Assembly: GCA_003661385.1 (NCBI GenBank)
Contig: QMWA01000002.1
Coordinates: 1 to 46,451 of the forward strand
From: Thermoproteota archaeon
GTDB taxonomy: Archaea > Korarchaeota > Korarchaeia > B14-G2
Reading direction: 5' to 3'
DNA: 46,451 nucleotides
The stretch's first letter is position 1. Every line of letters starts with the position of its first letter. Shown piece after piece: positions 24,520 to 32,129 of the stretch. A program made the translations under genes and the position numbers. The notes under the pieces are model-generated. The model saw nothing but the letters and a program-made list of their open reading frames with translations, was not told the DNA's origin and did no database searches.

Positions 24520-25213
24520 CCTTCTCTCCCTCTTAGCGGGACAAATGCCACAGCACCAGCCTTCTTGGTCGAAACGGATCCCTTAAGATCCTTCCTGACC
24601 ACGAGCAGCTCTTGGCCCCAGAGGGAGTGAGGAGGGCCTATTGGTATAACCATCAGACCACCAGGTGCCAACTGATCGACCAGAGGAGGAGGAACCCTTG
24701 GTGCAGCAGCAGTAACCAGAATCCTATCGTATGGAGCGTGAGGGGGATACCCAACACTTCCATCACCAACTATCACAACGACTCTATCTGAATATCCCGC
24801 AGATTTGAGGTTCTGGATTGCACGTTGGGCTAATATCTCATCTATCTCTATGGAGTACACCTTACCCCACTTAGATCTATCTACATCGAGGGGGGCTACT
24901 ATCTCAGCTATTGTGGCAGCATGGTATCCACTTCCAGTCCCAACCTCCAGCACCTTCATTCCCACGTCAAGCTCTAGGAGCTCATTCATCAGGCAAACCA
25001 TGTCTCGCCCGGCTTACAGCCGTGTGGCGCACTTATGGTTTGCCCTCTCCCTATGGGGAGCGGAATGTCATCGTAAGCCTGCTCTCTTAGGTCTTCTGGG
25101 ACGAAAAGCTCTCGCCTAACCCTTAGGAATGCCTTCTTGACCCTCTCAGTCTTTATAAAGCCTTCGGCCTGCAGTAGCCTGCATAGCTCAGCTCTCCTCT
25201 TATCAAAGCTCAC
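24510..25213 (-). CDS. pcm: protein-L-isoaspartate O-methyltransferase, interrupted by a 20-nt BHB intron (exon 1 25024-25213, exon 2 24510-25003)
   Basis: Upstream ORF: ...[31 protein letters not shown]. Downstream ORF: [29 protein letters not shown].... Together they make a complete PCMT, and the joined length of about 227 aa is typical. A GTG start at 25213 is assumed. Confidence 0.75.
25004..25023 (-). other. predicted BHB (bulge-helix-bulge) pre-mRNA intron in pcm, 5'-ACGGCUGUAAGCCGGGCGAG-3'
   Basis: Helix I GUG(25032-25030)/CAU(25002-25000). Central 4 bp CGCC(25029-25026)/GGCG(25009-25006). 3-nt bulges AC|A (25025-25023) and AG|A (25005-25003). Helix II CGGC(25022-25019)/GCCG(25013-25010). 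Confidence 0.65.
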
Positions 25214-25259
25214 ATACACCCCCAGAATCTTTATGTGTATGCCTAAAATATTACCTGAG

Positions 25260-25676
25260 ATGCTGAAGGAGGAGATAATAGCCTGGGGACACCCTAACAT
25301 AACAGCAAGACATAGAACAACGTTTCAGGTGACAAAGGACCCTGAAATAACCAAGAGAGCAGACTGTGTGATAGGAGTTAAGGCTAATAAGGCATGTGCA
25401 GACCTTAGTGATGAGATGAAGCAGCACATAAAAGCAGGGAGGCTGCTGAGAATAAGAATACAGGCTGGAGGAGTTACCGATGAGATAATAGCGAGAGGAG
25501 CTAGAGGCGCTTCCCTCGCTAGTGAAAGAGACCTTGTAGTGAGGAAGTCAGCTTACATAGATGACAGGACGCTAGCAATCAAAGCCAATAAAGCTGCCAG
25601 AGAGATCGATAGGAGGATAATCAGACTAGTTAGGAGCCCAAATACAGTGATCAGGATCATAGTAGAGGCTATCTAG
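25260..25676 (+). CDS. DUF371 family protein
   Basis: [35 protein letters not shown] matches the DUF371 N-terminal signature. An alternative ATG is at 25233. Confidence 0.6.
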   Translation: MLKEEIIAWGHPNITARHRTTFQVTKDPEITKRADCVIGVKANKACADLSDEMKQHIKAGRLLRIRIQAGGVTDEIIARGARGASLASERDLVVRKSAYIDDRTLAIKANKAAREIDRRIIRLVRSPNTVIRIIVEAI

Positions 25677-25708
25677 CAGTGAACAAGAGATACATGCTGG
25701 GTGCTAAG

Positions 25709-25717
25709 CTTTAAAAC
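25709..25717 (+). promoter_or_regulatory. TATA box for tRNA-Ile
   Basis: CTTTAAAAC, 23-31 nt upstream of the tRNA 5' end at 25740. Confidence 0.45.
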
Positions 25718-25739
25718 CTACAGGTACTGGTAGCTAAGT

Positions 25740-25860
25740 GGGCCCGTAGCTCAGCCTGGGCGGTGGGGCAGTTAGAGCGCCCGATGTGTGAGGTGTAGCT
25801 GATAACCGGGAGTGTACTATACGTACACCGAGGTCGAGGGTTCAAGTCCCTCCGGGCCCA
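25740..25860 (+). tRNA. tRNA-Ile(GAU) with three introns (D loop 25760-25771, 12 nt; 30/31 25784-25797, 14 nt; 45/46 25813-25832, 20 nt)
   Basis: The exons rebuild GGGCCCG-TA-GCTC-AGCCTGGTTA-GAGC-G-CCCGG-CTGATAA-CCGGG-AGGTC-GAGGG-TTCAAGT-CCCTC-CGGGCCC-A. Central helices are GCCU/GGGC, CGCC/GGUG, and CGG(G)/(A)CCG plus a GUAC/GUAC inner helix. Confidence 0.8.
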
Positions 25861-25863
25861 CTG

Positions 25864-26280
25864 GTGTCGGCATTGAGGTCAGGGAAGTTGCTTATAATAG
25901 ACTCCAGCCTCCTTATGGCCATAGCTGAGAAGAGAGGCTTGAGCTTAGATAGATTGTTCGAAGATACGCTCTACAAGTTTGAGCTCGCAACCACATCCTC
26001 TGTCCTGAATGAGCTGAAGAAGATGGCATCCAGTAAAGGAGGAAAGGCCTTAAAGGCCAGAGCTGCCCTCTCAATTGCTGAGAAACTTAGGATAGTTGAT
26101 AGCGTGACAGAGGATGTTGACACAGATGTCATAGAAGTAGCTGCGAAGTTAAGAGGCATTGTAGCAACATGTGACTTGGAGCTGAGGAGAAAAGCTATGA
26201 GAAGAGGGGTGCCTACACTGTTCCTCAGGAGTAGAAAAAGACTTATGGTCAACAGCCCGGTGGGAGGCTACCTCCCTTAG
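25864..26280 (+). CDS. PIN-domain nuclease, Fcf1/Utp24-like (COG1412)
   Basis: LLIIDSSLLM (catalytic Asp) ... VATCDLELRRKAMRRGVPTLFL. It holds the conserved position upstream of rpo7-spt4-S24e-S27ae. The GTG start is 3 nt after the tRNA-Ile 3' end; in-frame TTG codons at 25873 and 25888 are alternatives. Confidence 0.75.
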   Translation: MSALRSGKLLIIDSSLLMAIAEKRGLSLDRLFEDTLYKFELATTSSVLNELKKMASSKGGKALKARAALSIAEKLRIVDSVTEDVDTDVIEVAAKLRGIVATCDLELRRKAMRRGVPTLFLRSRKRLMVNSPVGGYLP

Positions 26281-26294
26281 ATCGGGTGTAGAAG

Positions 26295-26831
26295 ATGTTT
26301 CACATAGCAACATTCAGAGATACAGTCGAGGTAGAGCCTCACGAGCTCGGGGAAGAACTCGATAAGGTCGTGTTAGAGAGGCTTAGAAAAAGGTATTCAG
26401 ACAAGTTCATTCCAGGAATAGGGTATGTTGTTGAGGTATTAGGTGCAAAGAGGGAGAAGCTTGGGAGAGCTTCTCCTTTCGACGGAAACATATATTTCAG
26501 AGTACTCTTTGAAGCGCTTGTGTTCATGCCTGAGCTCATGGAGATAGTTGAAGGGGAAATCGTCTCAGTAGTAGACTATGGGATATTCGTGAATCTTGGG
26601 GCTGTACGCGCCCTAGTGCACATATCTCAGCTTGCAGACGACTACTTCAGCTACGATGGAAAGAACCTAGTAGGGAAGAAAGTTACCTTTAGCGTCGGGG
26701 ATATTGTGAGGGGGCGCGTCATAGCCATATCTAAATCCCGTGAAAGAGGAGAGAAAGTAAGGCTTAGAGTCAATCTCACATGTAGGCAGCCTGGACTAGG
26801 CAAGGTAAAAGGTGAACAGAGTGAGGCTTAA
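26295..26831 (+). CDS. rpo7: RNA polymerase subunit Rpo7 (RpoE')
   Basis: Rpb7-like N-terminal domain plus S1 domain (GEIVSVVDYGIFVNLG). Confidence 0.9.
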   Translation: MFHIATFRDTVEVEPHELGEELDKVVLERLRKRYSDKFIPGIGYVVEVLGAKREKLGRASPFDGNIYFRVLFEALVFMPELMEIVEGEIVSVVDYGIFVNLGAVRALVHISQLADDYFSYDGKNLVGKKVTFSVGDIVRGRVIAISKSRERGEKVRLRVNLTCRQPGLGKVKGEQSEA

Positions 26832-27009
26832 GGCATGTAAGTCCTGTAGAGCAATAGTAATAGAGGGGGATAAGTGCAGCAGGTGTGGTTCTACACAGCT
26901 CACACATAACTGGGACGTGCTCTTTATATTACTTGACTCAGATAGGTCTGAGCTTGCTAAGAGGCTTGATGTAGACACGGAAGGAGCATACGCCCTGCTG
27001 GTGAAGTAA
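26812..27009 (+). CDS. spt4: transcription elongation factor Spt4 (RpoE'')
   Basis: KACKSCRAIV...CSRCGS...HNWDVLFILLDSDRSELAKRL...GAYALLV. GTG start. Confidence 0.85.
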   Translation: MNRVRLKACKSCRAIVIEGDKCSRCGSTQLTHNWDVLFILLDSDRSELAKRLDVDTEGAYALLVK

Positions 27010-27010
27010 G

Positions 27011-27331
27011 ATGGAGGAAGCCATAGAAGTAGTCAGTAAGGTTAGTAGGAAGTCAATTCCCAGGAGGGAATACGAGATAAAGGTGAAGCATGCAGGTAGA
27101 GGGATTCCGAGCAGAGCTGAGCTGAGGAAGATGCTGATACCGAATTTAAGGGAGAATCCGGACACGACTGTGATAGTCAAGATACTCGGTGAGACAGGGC
27201 TTCAGGAATCTAAAGTTATCGTTCATGCCTATGACGACAGAGGAGTAATGGAGCTCTTTGAGCCGGGTCACGTCCTTAGAAAGAACTTTCAGATAGAAGA
27301 GAAGGAGGGAGAGGAGGGTGACAAAGGGTAA
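27011..27331 (+). CDS. rps24e: 30S ribosomal protein S24e
   Basis: [25 protein letters not shown]...VIVHAYDD. Confidence 0.9.
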   Translation: MEEAIEVVSKVSRKSIPRREYEIKVKHAGRGIPSRAELRKMLIPNLRENPDTTVIVKILGETGLQESKVIVHAYDDRGVMELFEPGHVLRKNFQIEEKEGEEGDKG

Positions 27332-27488
27332 AAAGACCAGCGCATACAGATACTATAAGATGGAGGGGGGCAAGCTCATTAGGCTGAATAAGAAGTGCCC
27401 TAGATGCGGGAGCTTCCTAGCAGAACACAGAGACAGAAGATCCTGTGGGAAGTGCGGATACACGGAATTCAAGCAGACAGAAGCATAG
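27318..27488 (+). CDS. rps27ae: 30S ribosomal protein S27ae (56 aa; not in the ORF track)
   Basis: Hand translation gives ...[42 protein letters not shown]. The GTG start lies within GGAGGGTG and overlaps the S24e end. Confidence 0.8.
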   Translation: MTKGKKTSAYRYYKMEGGKLIRLNKKCPRCGSFLAEHRDRRSCGKCGYTEFKQTEA

Positions 27489-27497
27489 CACCAATAA

Positions 27498-27506
27498 GCT
27501 TAAAAC
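27498..27506 (+). promoter_or_regulatory. TATA box for tRNA-Arg
   Basis: GCTTAAAAC, 23-31 nt upstream of the tRNA 5' end at 27529. Confidence 0.45.
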
Positions 27507-27528
27507 AACAGAAGCAGCTCTCTAAAGT

Positions 27529-27639
27529 GGGCCCGTAGCTCAGCTCGGATAGGCTCCTGAGGAGAGCGCCGAGGTTACGTGCAGGCCTGCGGAGAGAGTA
27601 GCGAGCCGGAGGCCGAGGGTTCAAGTCCCTCCGGGCCCG
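27529..27639 (+). tRNA. tRNA-Arg(GCG) with three introns (D loop 27551-27562, 12 nt; 29/30 27572-27584, 13 nt; 37/38 27593-27603, 11 nt)
   Basis: The exons rebuild GGGCCCG-TA-GCTC-AGCTCGGATA-GAGC-G-CCGGC-CTGCGGA-GCCGG-AGGCC-GAGGG-TTCAAGT-CCCTC-CGGGCCC-G. Central helices are UCGG/CUGA, GCGC/GUGC, and CUGC/GUAG. Confidence 0.8.
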
Positions 27640-27641
27640 TC

Positions 27642-28340
27642 TTATGTTATAGGAGGCACGACTAGAGTCACTTGATCTCCATCCTTAAGGCTAAGAGCGG
27701 CACGTAAGTTCTTTGGGGAGATTACCTCGACTATTCCTCGTGGGTGATGGGTCCTCTCAGGCTTGACTATGTGCACCCGCTCAGACCTGTTGAGAGAGGC
27801 AAGATAGCAGTAAACAGCACCATACCTCCTACCTTCATGTGTAAACCCTGGAATAACTATTGGAGACAGCAGTCGCTCGATGGCTATTAGCTTCGGTAGG
27901 TCTCTCTCATGTAGCCTAATGTTGAGTGTCCCAGGATATGGTGTATAGCCCAGCTTCTCCTTGAAAGATGAGAGGTATCTGGGGAGAGACATGTAATATC
28001 TGCCTTCACCGAGGCCTGAGACTACATTCCCATGTAAAACAGCTGGGATCGACATGTCAAGAAGAGCCTTAGAGAGAGTGGAATATAGCTCCTCTAGTAT
28101 AGCGACTGCCTGTCTACTTAGCTTTAACCTAAGCTCCCCTCTCTCCCTCCTCAGCTCGATGAGCCCATGCTGAGACAGCTCTGATATCCAGCGGTATGCT
28201 GTCTGCCGTGGGATGCCTACTTTAGATGCAACATCCCTCGGAGTAAGGTAGCTGCTGATGCCGCTCTCAGATAGCTTAATCAGAGCATAGAGCAGTCTAG
28301 GTGGTAGATCGCTGTATGACAGCAAACAGGCACCAACCAT
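27642..28340 (-). CDS. ribK: wHTH-fused CTP-dependent riboflavin kinase (RbkR-type)
   Basis: N-terminal wHTH (VASKVGIPRQTAYRWISELSQHGLI) followed by the archaeal RibK signature GNVVSGLGEGRYYMSL...LGYTPYPGTLNIRL. Confidence 0.8.
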   Translation of the reverse strand: MVGACLLSYSDLPPRLLYALIKLSESGISSYLTPRDVASKVGIPRQTAYRWISELSQHGLIELRRERGELRLKLSRQAVAILEELYSTLSKALLDMSIPAVLHGNVVSGLGEGRYYMSLPRYLSSFKEKLGYTPYPGTLNIRLHERDLPKLIAIERLLSPIVIPGFTHEGRRYGAVYCYLASLNRSERVHIVKPERTHHPRGIVEVISPKNLRAALSLKDGDQVTLVVPPIT

Positions 28341-29047
28341 ACAAGTGTAGGGGGGTTAATATAGCTAGAGCAATACAAGCACAGAAACTGCTTGCTAGGA
28401 AAGTCGTAACAAGGGACTTAGGTGGCGAGGTCAGGAGAGTCGCAGGAGTCGATGTAAGCTACCCATGTGAGAAGAAAGCTCTAGCCTGCCTAGTTGTCTA
28501 CGACTTGGAGTTAGGTAGAGCTACTGAGGCAAGCTGTGCACTATGTGAAGTCAGGGTCCCATACATCCCTGGGCTTCTAGCTTTTCGAGAGCTTAAGCCT
28601 ATGCTTATGGCTGTGAGGGAAGCTGGCAGCTTTGATGCTATTATAGTGAATGGCTGTGGTGTAAACCACCCTAGAAGGCTTGGGCTTGCATCTCACCTCG
28701 GCATCGTGGCAGGAGTCAGAAGCATTGGAGTAACTAAAAGAAGCCTCATCAAGGAAGGCATTCTAGAGGAGAGAAGCGGGTACGTAGTCAGAGTAGTTGA
28801 TGGTGAAGCCGTTGAAGCGATATTAAGAGCCAAGACCGGAGGCCGTCTTGTAGTCGGGGTAGGGCATGGCTTCTCGTTGGAGACGGCAGTATCCGTGGTG
28901 AGAGAGCTACTTGGTTGGAGGAGGTTTCCACTCCCACTTGCTGAGGCTCACATGCTCTCGTCTAAGATGGCGCGGTTGCTGAGGGCAGAAGCAAGCTTAG
29001 CAGACAGAAAATCTGACCTACACCTATCTAACAGTCCTCTTATGTAG
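28316..29047 (+). CDS. nfi: endonuclease V
   Basis: VAGVDVSY, YIPGLLAFRE, GCGVNHPRRLGLASHLG motifs. The start is uncertain (GTG 28301 or ATG 28316); both overlap the divergent ribK start. Confidence 0.85.
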   Translation: MTANRHQPYKCRGVNIARAIQAQKLLARKVVTRDLGGEVRRVAGVDVSYPCEKKALACLVVYDLELGRATEASCALCEVRVPYIPGLLAFRELKPMLMAVREAGSFDAIIVNGCGVNHPRRLGLASHLGIVAGVRSIGVTKRSLIKEGILEERSGYVVRVVDGEAVEAILRAKTGGRLVVGVGHGFSLETAVSVVRELLGWRRFPLPLAEAHMLSSKMARLLRAEASLADRKSDLHLSNSPLM

Positions 29048-29565
29048 TCTACCTTGGGCCTTATGGGAATGAGCGCCTCAGGGTAAACCAGCGTTGACAG
29101 AGAGCTGTATATATCGTCTATGAGCTCAATGCATCTTTCAGCGTACTCTAAGTCTCCACTTAGCATCTTGGTTAGCATGATCCTCCTTAGCTCACCTGCT
29201 ACATCAGCTAAGCCGAGAAGGTACTCTCTAGAGGGGATACCGAGGTCGGCATGAGTTGGAATGGGGTCCCCCTTTAGTATAGCGAGTAGGATAGCGGCTT
29301 CAGCCAACTCCTGAGAGACGCTGCTCAGATACCTCTCTACCAGAGCTGTGCTCCTAGAATCCCAGCAGCTTCTCAAAGCTAACCTGTACCTCTCCAGCGA
29401 GCTGGTGATAAGCTGCTGAGCTTCTTCTAAGGCGCCCCTGACTAGCAAGCTTATAGCTCTCTTGATGCTACGCTGAAGGTCTCTAGCTAGCTTAAACACC
29501 TTCTCTCGGATCTCATCATACCTGTCAAGCTCTTTCCTAGCTTCCTCAACAGCAGCAGAGAACAT
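28948..29565 (-). CDS. translin-family protein (COG2178-like)
   Basis: All-helical, with REYLLGLADVAGELRR signature. 205 aa. Confidence 0.6.
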   Translation of the reverse strand: MFSAAVEEARKELDRYDEIREKVFKLARDLQRSIKRAISLLVRGALEEAQQLITSSLERYRLALRSCWDSRSTALVERYLSSVSQELAEAAILLAILKGDPIPTHADLGIPSREYLLGLADVAGELRRIMLTKMLSGDLEYAERCIELIDDIYSSLSTLVYPEALIPIRPKVDYIRGLLDRCRSDFLSAKLASALSNRAILDESM

Positions 29566-29622
29566 GAAGCTCTTAGGAAGTTGGGTTTAAAAACATGGAG
29601 CTGAAGGTACTTTGGGTGTAGG

Positions 29623-30585
29623 ATGGTAGAGATTCCACCTGATGTCAGGAAAATACTCAGAAAGCAAGGGTATCAGATTGTGCTGAGGCATTCTGGAGTG
29701 AAGCTGTGCTATTGGCTTAGAAGAGCGCTCCTTGATGGAAGGACATGCTACAAGCACAAGTTCTATGGTATAAGGTCTTGGAGATGTATACAGATGAGCC
29801 CAGCTGTCATATACTGCCCCAACTCATGTCTTTACTGTTGGAGAGTCCAGCAGGGGGACATAGAGGGCTTGAGTTGGAGCAAGCATACACCAGAGGCTCC
29901 TGAAGCATGGGATGACCCTGAGGAGATAGCCAAAGAGAGCATTAAAGCTCAGAGGACGTGCATAACAGGGTACAGGGGTGTTAATGCGATAATGAAGAGG
30001 GTAGAGGAGGCGATGGACCCCAAGCATGTTGCAATCTCACTTAGTGGAGAGCCTACGCTATACCCTAGGCTGGGAGAGCTCATAGAAGTCTATAAGAAGA
30101 TGGGAATGACAGTCTTCTTAGTTACAAATGGGCTTTACCCTGAGAAGCTGCTGTCACTTGAAAGCGAGCCAACCCAACTCTATGTCACTATACCTGCCCC
30201 AAACAGCGAGGTCTATAGAAAGCTCTGCAGGCCATCCCTAAGAGACTATTGGAGCAGGCTAATGAGGACTGTGGAGGCCCTGAGCTCCTTTAGCTGCCCA
30301 ACAGTTATGAGGCTAACTCTGGTGAGAGGCATTAACATGATAGATCCAGAGAGCTATGCTGGAATAATAGCTGCAGGCAACCCTACTTACGTCGAGCCAA
30401 AAGCCTACATGCATGTAGGGTACTCGAGACTTAGGTTAACATTCGCACACATGCCCACTCACGAGGATATAAGAGAGTTCTCAGAGAAGCTGGCAGCAGC
30501 ATCAGGATATGACATCATAGATGAGTCTGCTGATAGCAGAGTCGTGCTACTCAGCAGGCTAAAGAAGCCAATCAGGTTCACATAG
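29623..30585 (+). CDS. taw1: tRNA 4-demethylwyosine synthase Taw1/TYW1 (radical SAM)
   Basis: CYKHKFYGIRSWRCIQMSP...CPNSCLYCWR cluster motifs. A TATA-like GGTTTAAAAAC sits about 30 nt upstream. Confidence 0.85.
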   Translation: MVEIPPDVRKILRKQGYQIVLRHSGVKLCYWLRRALLDGRTCYKHKFYGIRSWRCIQMSPAVIYCPNSCLYCWRVQQGDIEGLSWSKHTPEAPEAWDDPEEIAKESIKAQRTCITGYRGVNAIMKRVEEAMDPKHVAISLSGEPTLYPRLGELIEVYKKMGMTVFLVTNGLYPEKLLSLESEPTQLYVTIPAPNSEVYRKLCRPSLRDYWSRLMRTVEALSSFSCPTVMRLTLVRGINMIDPESYAGIIAAGNPTYVEPKAYMHVGYSRLRLTFAHMPTHEDIREFSEKLAAASGYDIIDESADSRVVLLSRLKKPIRFT

Positions 30586-31315
30586 AGGCTAGCAGGATGA
30601 CTGCGGCTGACTGAGCAACGGAAGCTGCTAAGAACATCCAGTCAGTCTTAGACATCGGAGGAAGCCCATATGCCATGGTCCTCTTCTTAGTGTACCCGAA
30701 GCACCTAGACTCCAATGCTTCAGCCAGCTGGTAGCTCCTCCTTATAGCACACACAAGTATTGGAACGAGGAGAGGTATGTAGTTCTTTAGCCTCCTCAAC
30801 AGAGACCCCCTCTCCAGCTCCAACCCCCTTGAAGCCTGCGCATCCATTATCTCCTGGGCCTCCATTGCAAGCGTTGGTATGAATCTTATAGCGGTTGTGA
30901 AGGTGAATGTCACATAGAATGGTATCCTGAGCTTGGTCATGAGGTCGCTTAGCTCAGATGTGTGTGTAGACCTAAAGAAGCTAGCGAAGCAGACTACTAA
31001 GATCACAAGACGAAGGCCCATTGCAAGTGAAAAGCTGAGGTCTCTTGTGAAAACGTAGTTGAGACCGAAAACCATAGCAAAGAGCAGCGAGGTCGACTTT
31101 AAGAGCGAAAGTACCACGGAAGCCACTCCTCCGAGAGCTATAACCGGCAGAACCATTATGACAGCTATCAGGAGCTGAGCTTTTAGGCTAGAGTACGCTA
31201 TTGAAAGCACCATGGCAGCTACCAGCCATATGAGCTTAGGCCGAGGATCTACTCTGCTAAGCCTTGACAGCTTACCCTCATACTCAAATGCTGCCAGAAA
31301 CGACAGAGCTACCAC
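30578..31315 (-). CDS. ecfT: ECF transporter transmembrane (T) component, EcfT/CbiQ
   Basis: Polytopic membrane protein with the conserved AxRxR-type coupling-helix region (TTAIRFIPTL...AQASRG). It follows two EcfA genes. Confidence 0.8.
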   Translation of the reverse strand: MVALSFLAAFEYEGKLSRLSRVDPRPKLIWLVAAMVLSIAYSSLKAQLLIAVIMVLPVIALGGVASVVLSLLKSTSLLFAMVFGLNYVFTRDLSFSLAMGLRLVILVVCFASFFRSTHTSELSDLMTKLRIPFYVTFTFTTAIRFIPTLAMEAQEIMDAQASRGLELERGSLLRRLKNYIPLLVPILVCAIRRSYQLAEALESRCFGYTKKRTMAYGLPPMSKTDWMFLAASVAQSAAVILLASM

Positions 31316-32129
31316 CTAGCTTGAGAGCTATGCTCTCGGCAAGCACCCCGTAGTCAAGAGACCTCGGTACAGAGAACCCTCTCTTGGATAGGTGGGCGTA
31401 TAGGTCTACAGATACCGGAGGAACCAAGTTACATGACTTAAGAAGGGTATAGTTGAAGAATATGTCTTCAGGAACACCTTCAGCTATCACTTTACCCTTA
31501 GACAGGAGAACAACCTTATCAGCACCTAGCTCGGATGCCCACTCGACATCGTGTGTTATCACAAGCACAGCTTTCCCCTCAGCCTTCATGCCGAAAATCA
31601 GGTCTATAAGAGCCTTCTTCTGCTTTGCATCTTGGCCTATGGTCGGCTCATCTAAGATCAAGTACTTTGGCTGCATCGCATACACAGAAGCTATCGACAG
31701 ACGCTTCATCTCCCCGCCACTAAGCTGCCACGGCGGTGTTGAAGCATATCTCTCCAAGCCAAACTTCCTTAGGACAGAGAGAGCCTCGTCTAAGGCCTCC
31801 TTATCGCCTAATCCTAGATTCCTCAGGCCAAAGGCAACTTCCTCAGCAGCGTTCTCAGCAAAAAACTGGTGCTCAGGGTTCTGAGGCACATAGCCGACTA
31901 TCCTACAGAGCTCTGCTACGCTATGCTCTCGGGTATCTAGGCCATCTACCACAACACGGCCTGACTTAGGCTTCAGCAACCCATTCAATAACTTAGCTAA
32001 GGTAGTTTTACCAGAGCCATTCTCCCCCATCAGAAGAACCACATCCCCATCGCTTATAGTCAGCGATACATCATCTAACACAGTGGCCCCCCTGCTGTAC
32101 CAGAAACAGACTCTTTCAACGGAGATCAA
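31284..32129 (-). CDS. ecfA: ECF transporter ATPase EcfA (A2)
   Basis: Walker A GENGSGKTT, signature LSGGEMKR, Walker B LILDEPT. Confidence 0.9.
   Translation of the reverse strand: MISVERVCFWYSRGATVLDDVSLTISDGDVVLLMGENGSGKTTLAKLLNGLLKPKSGRVVVDGLDTREHSVAELCRIVGYVPQNPEHQFFAENAAEEVAFGLRNLGLGDKEALDEALSVLRKFGLERYASTPPWQLSGGEMKRLSIASVYAMQPKYLILDEPTIGQDAKQKKALIDLIFGMKAEGKAVLVITHDVEWASELGADKVVLLSKGKVIAEGVPEDIFFNYTLLKSCNLVPPVSVDLYAHLSKRGFSVPRSLDYGVLAESIALKLGGSSVVSGSI

Noticed and set aside
28301-28340. A divergent overlap of the ribK (start 28340) and nfi (starts 28301 or 28316) coding regions.
   Set aside because: This is most likely a start-codon assignment problem for one or both genes (a TTG at 28325 is available for ribK) rather than a biological overlap. 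It cannot be resolved from sequence alone.
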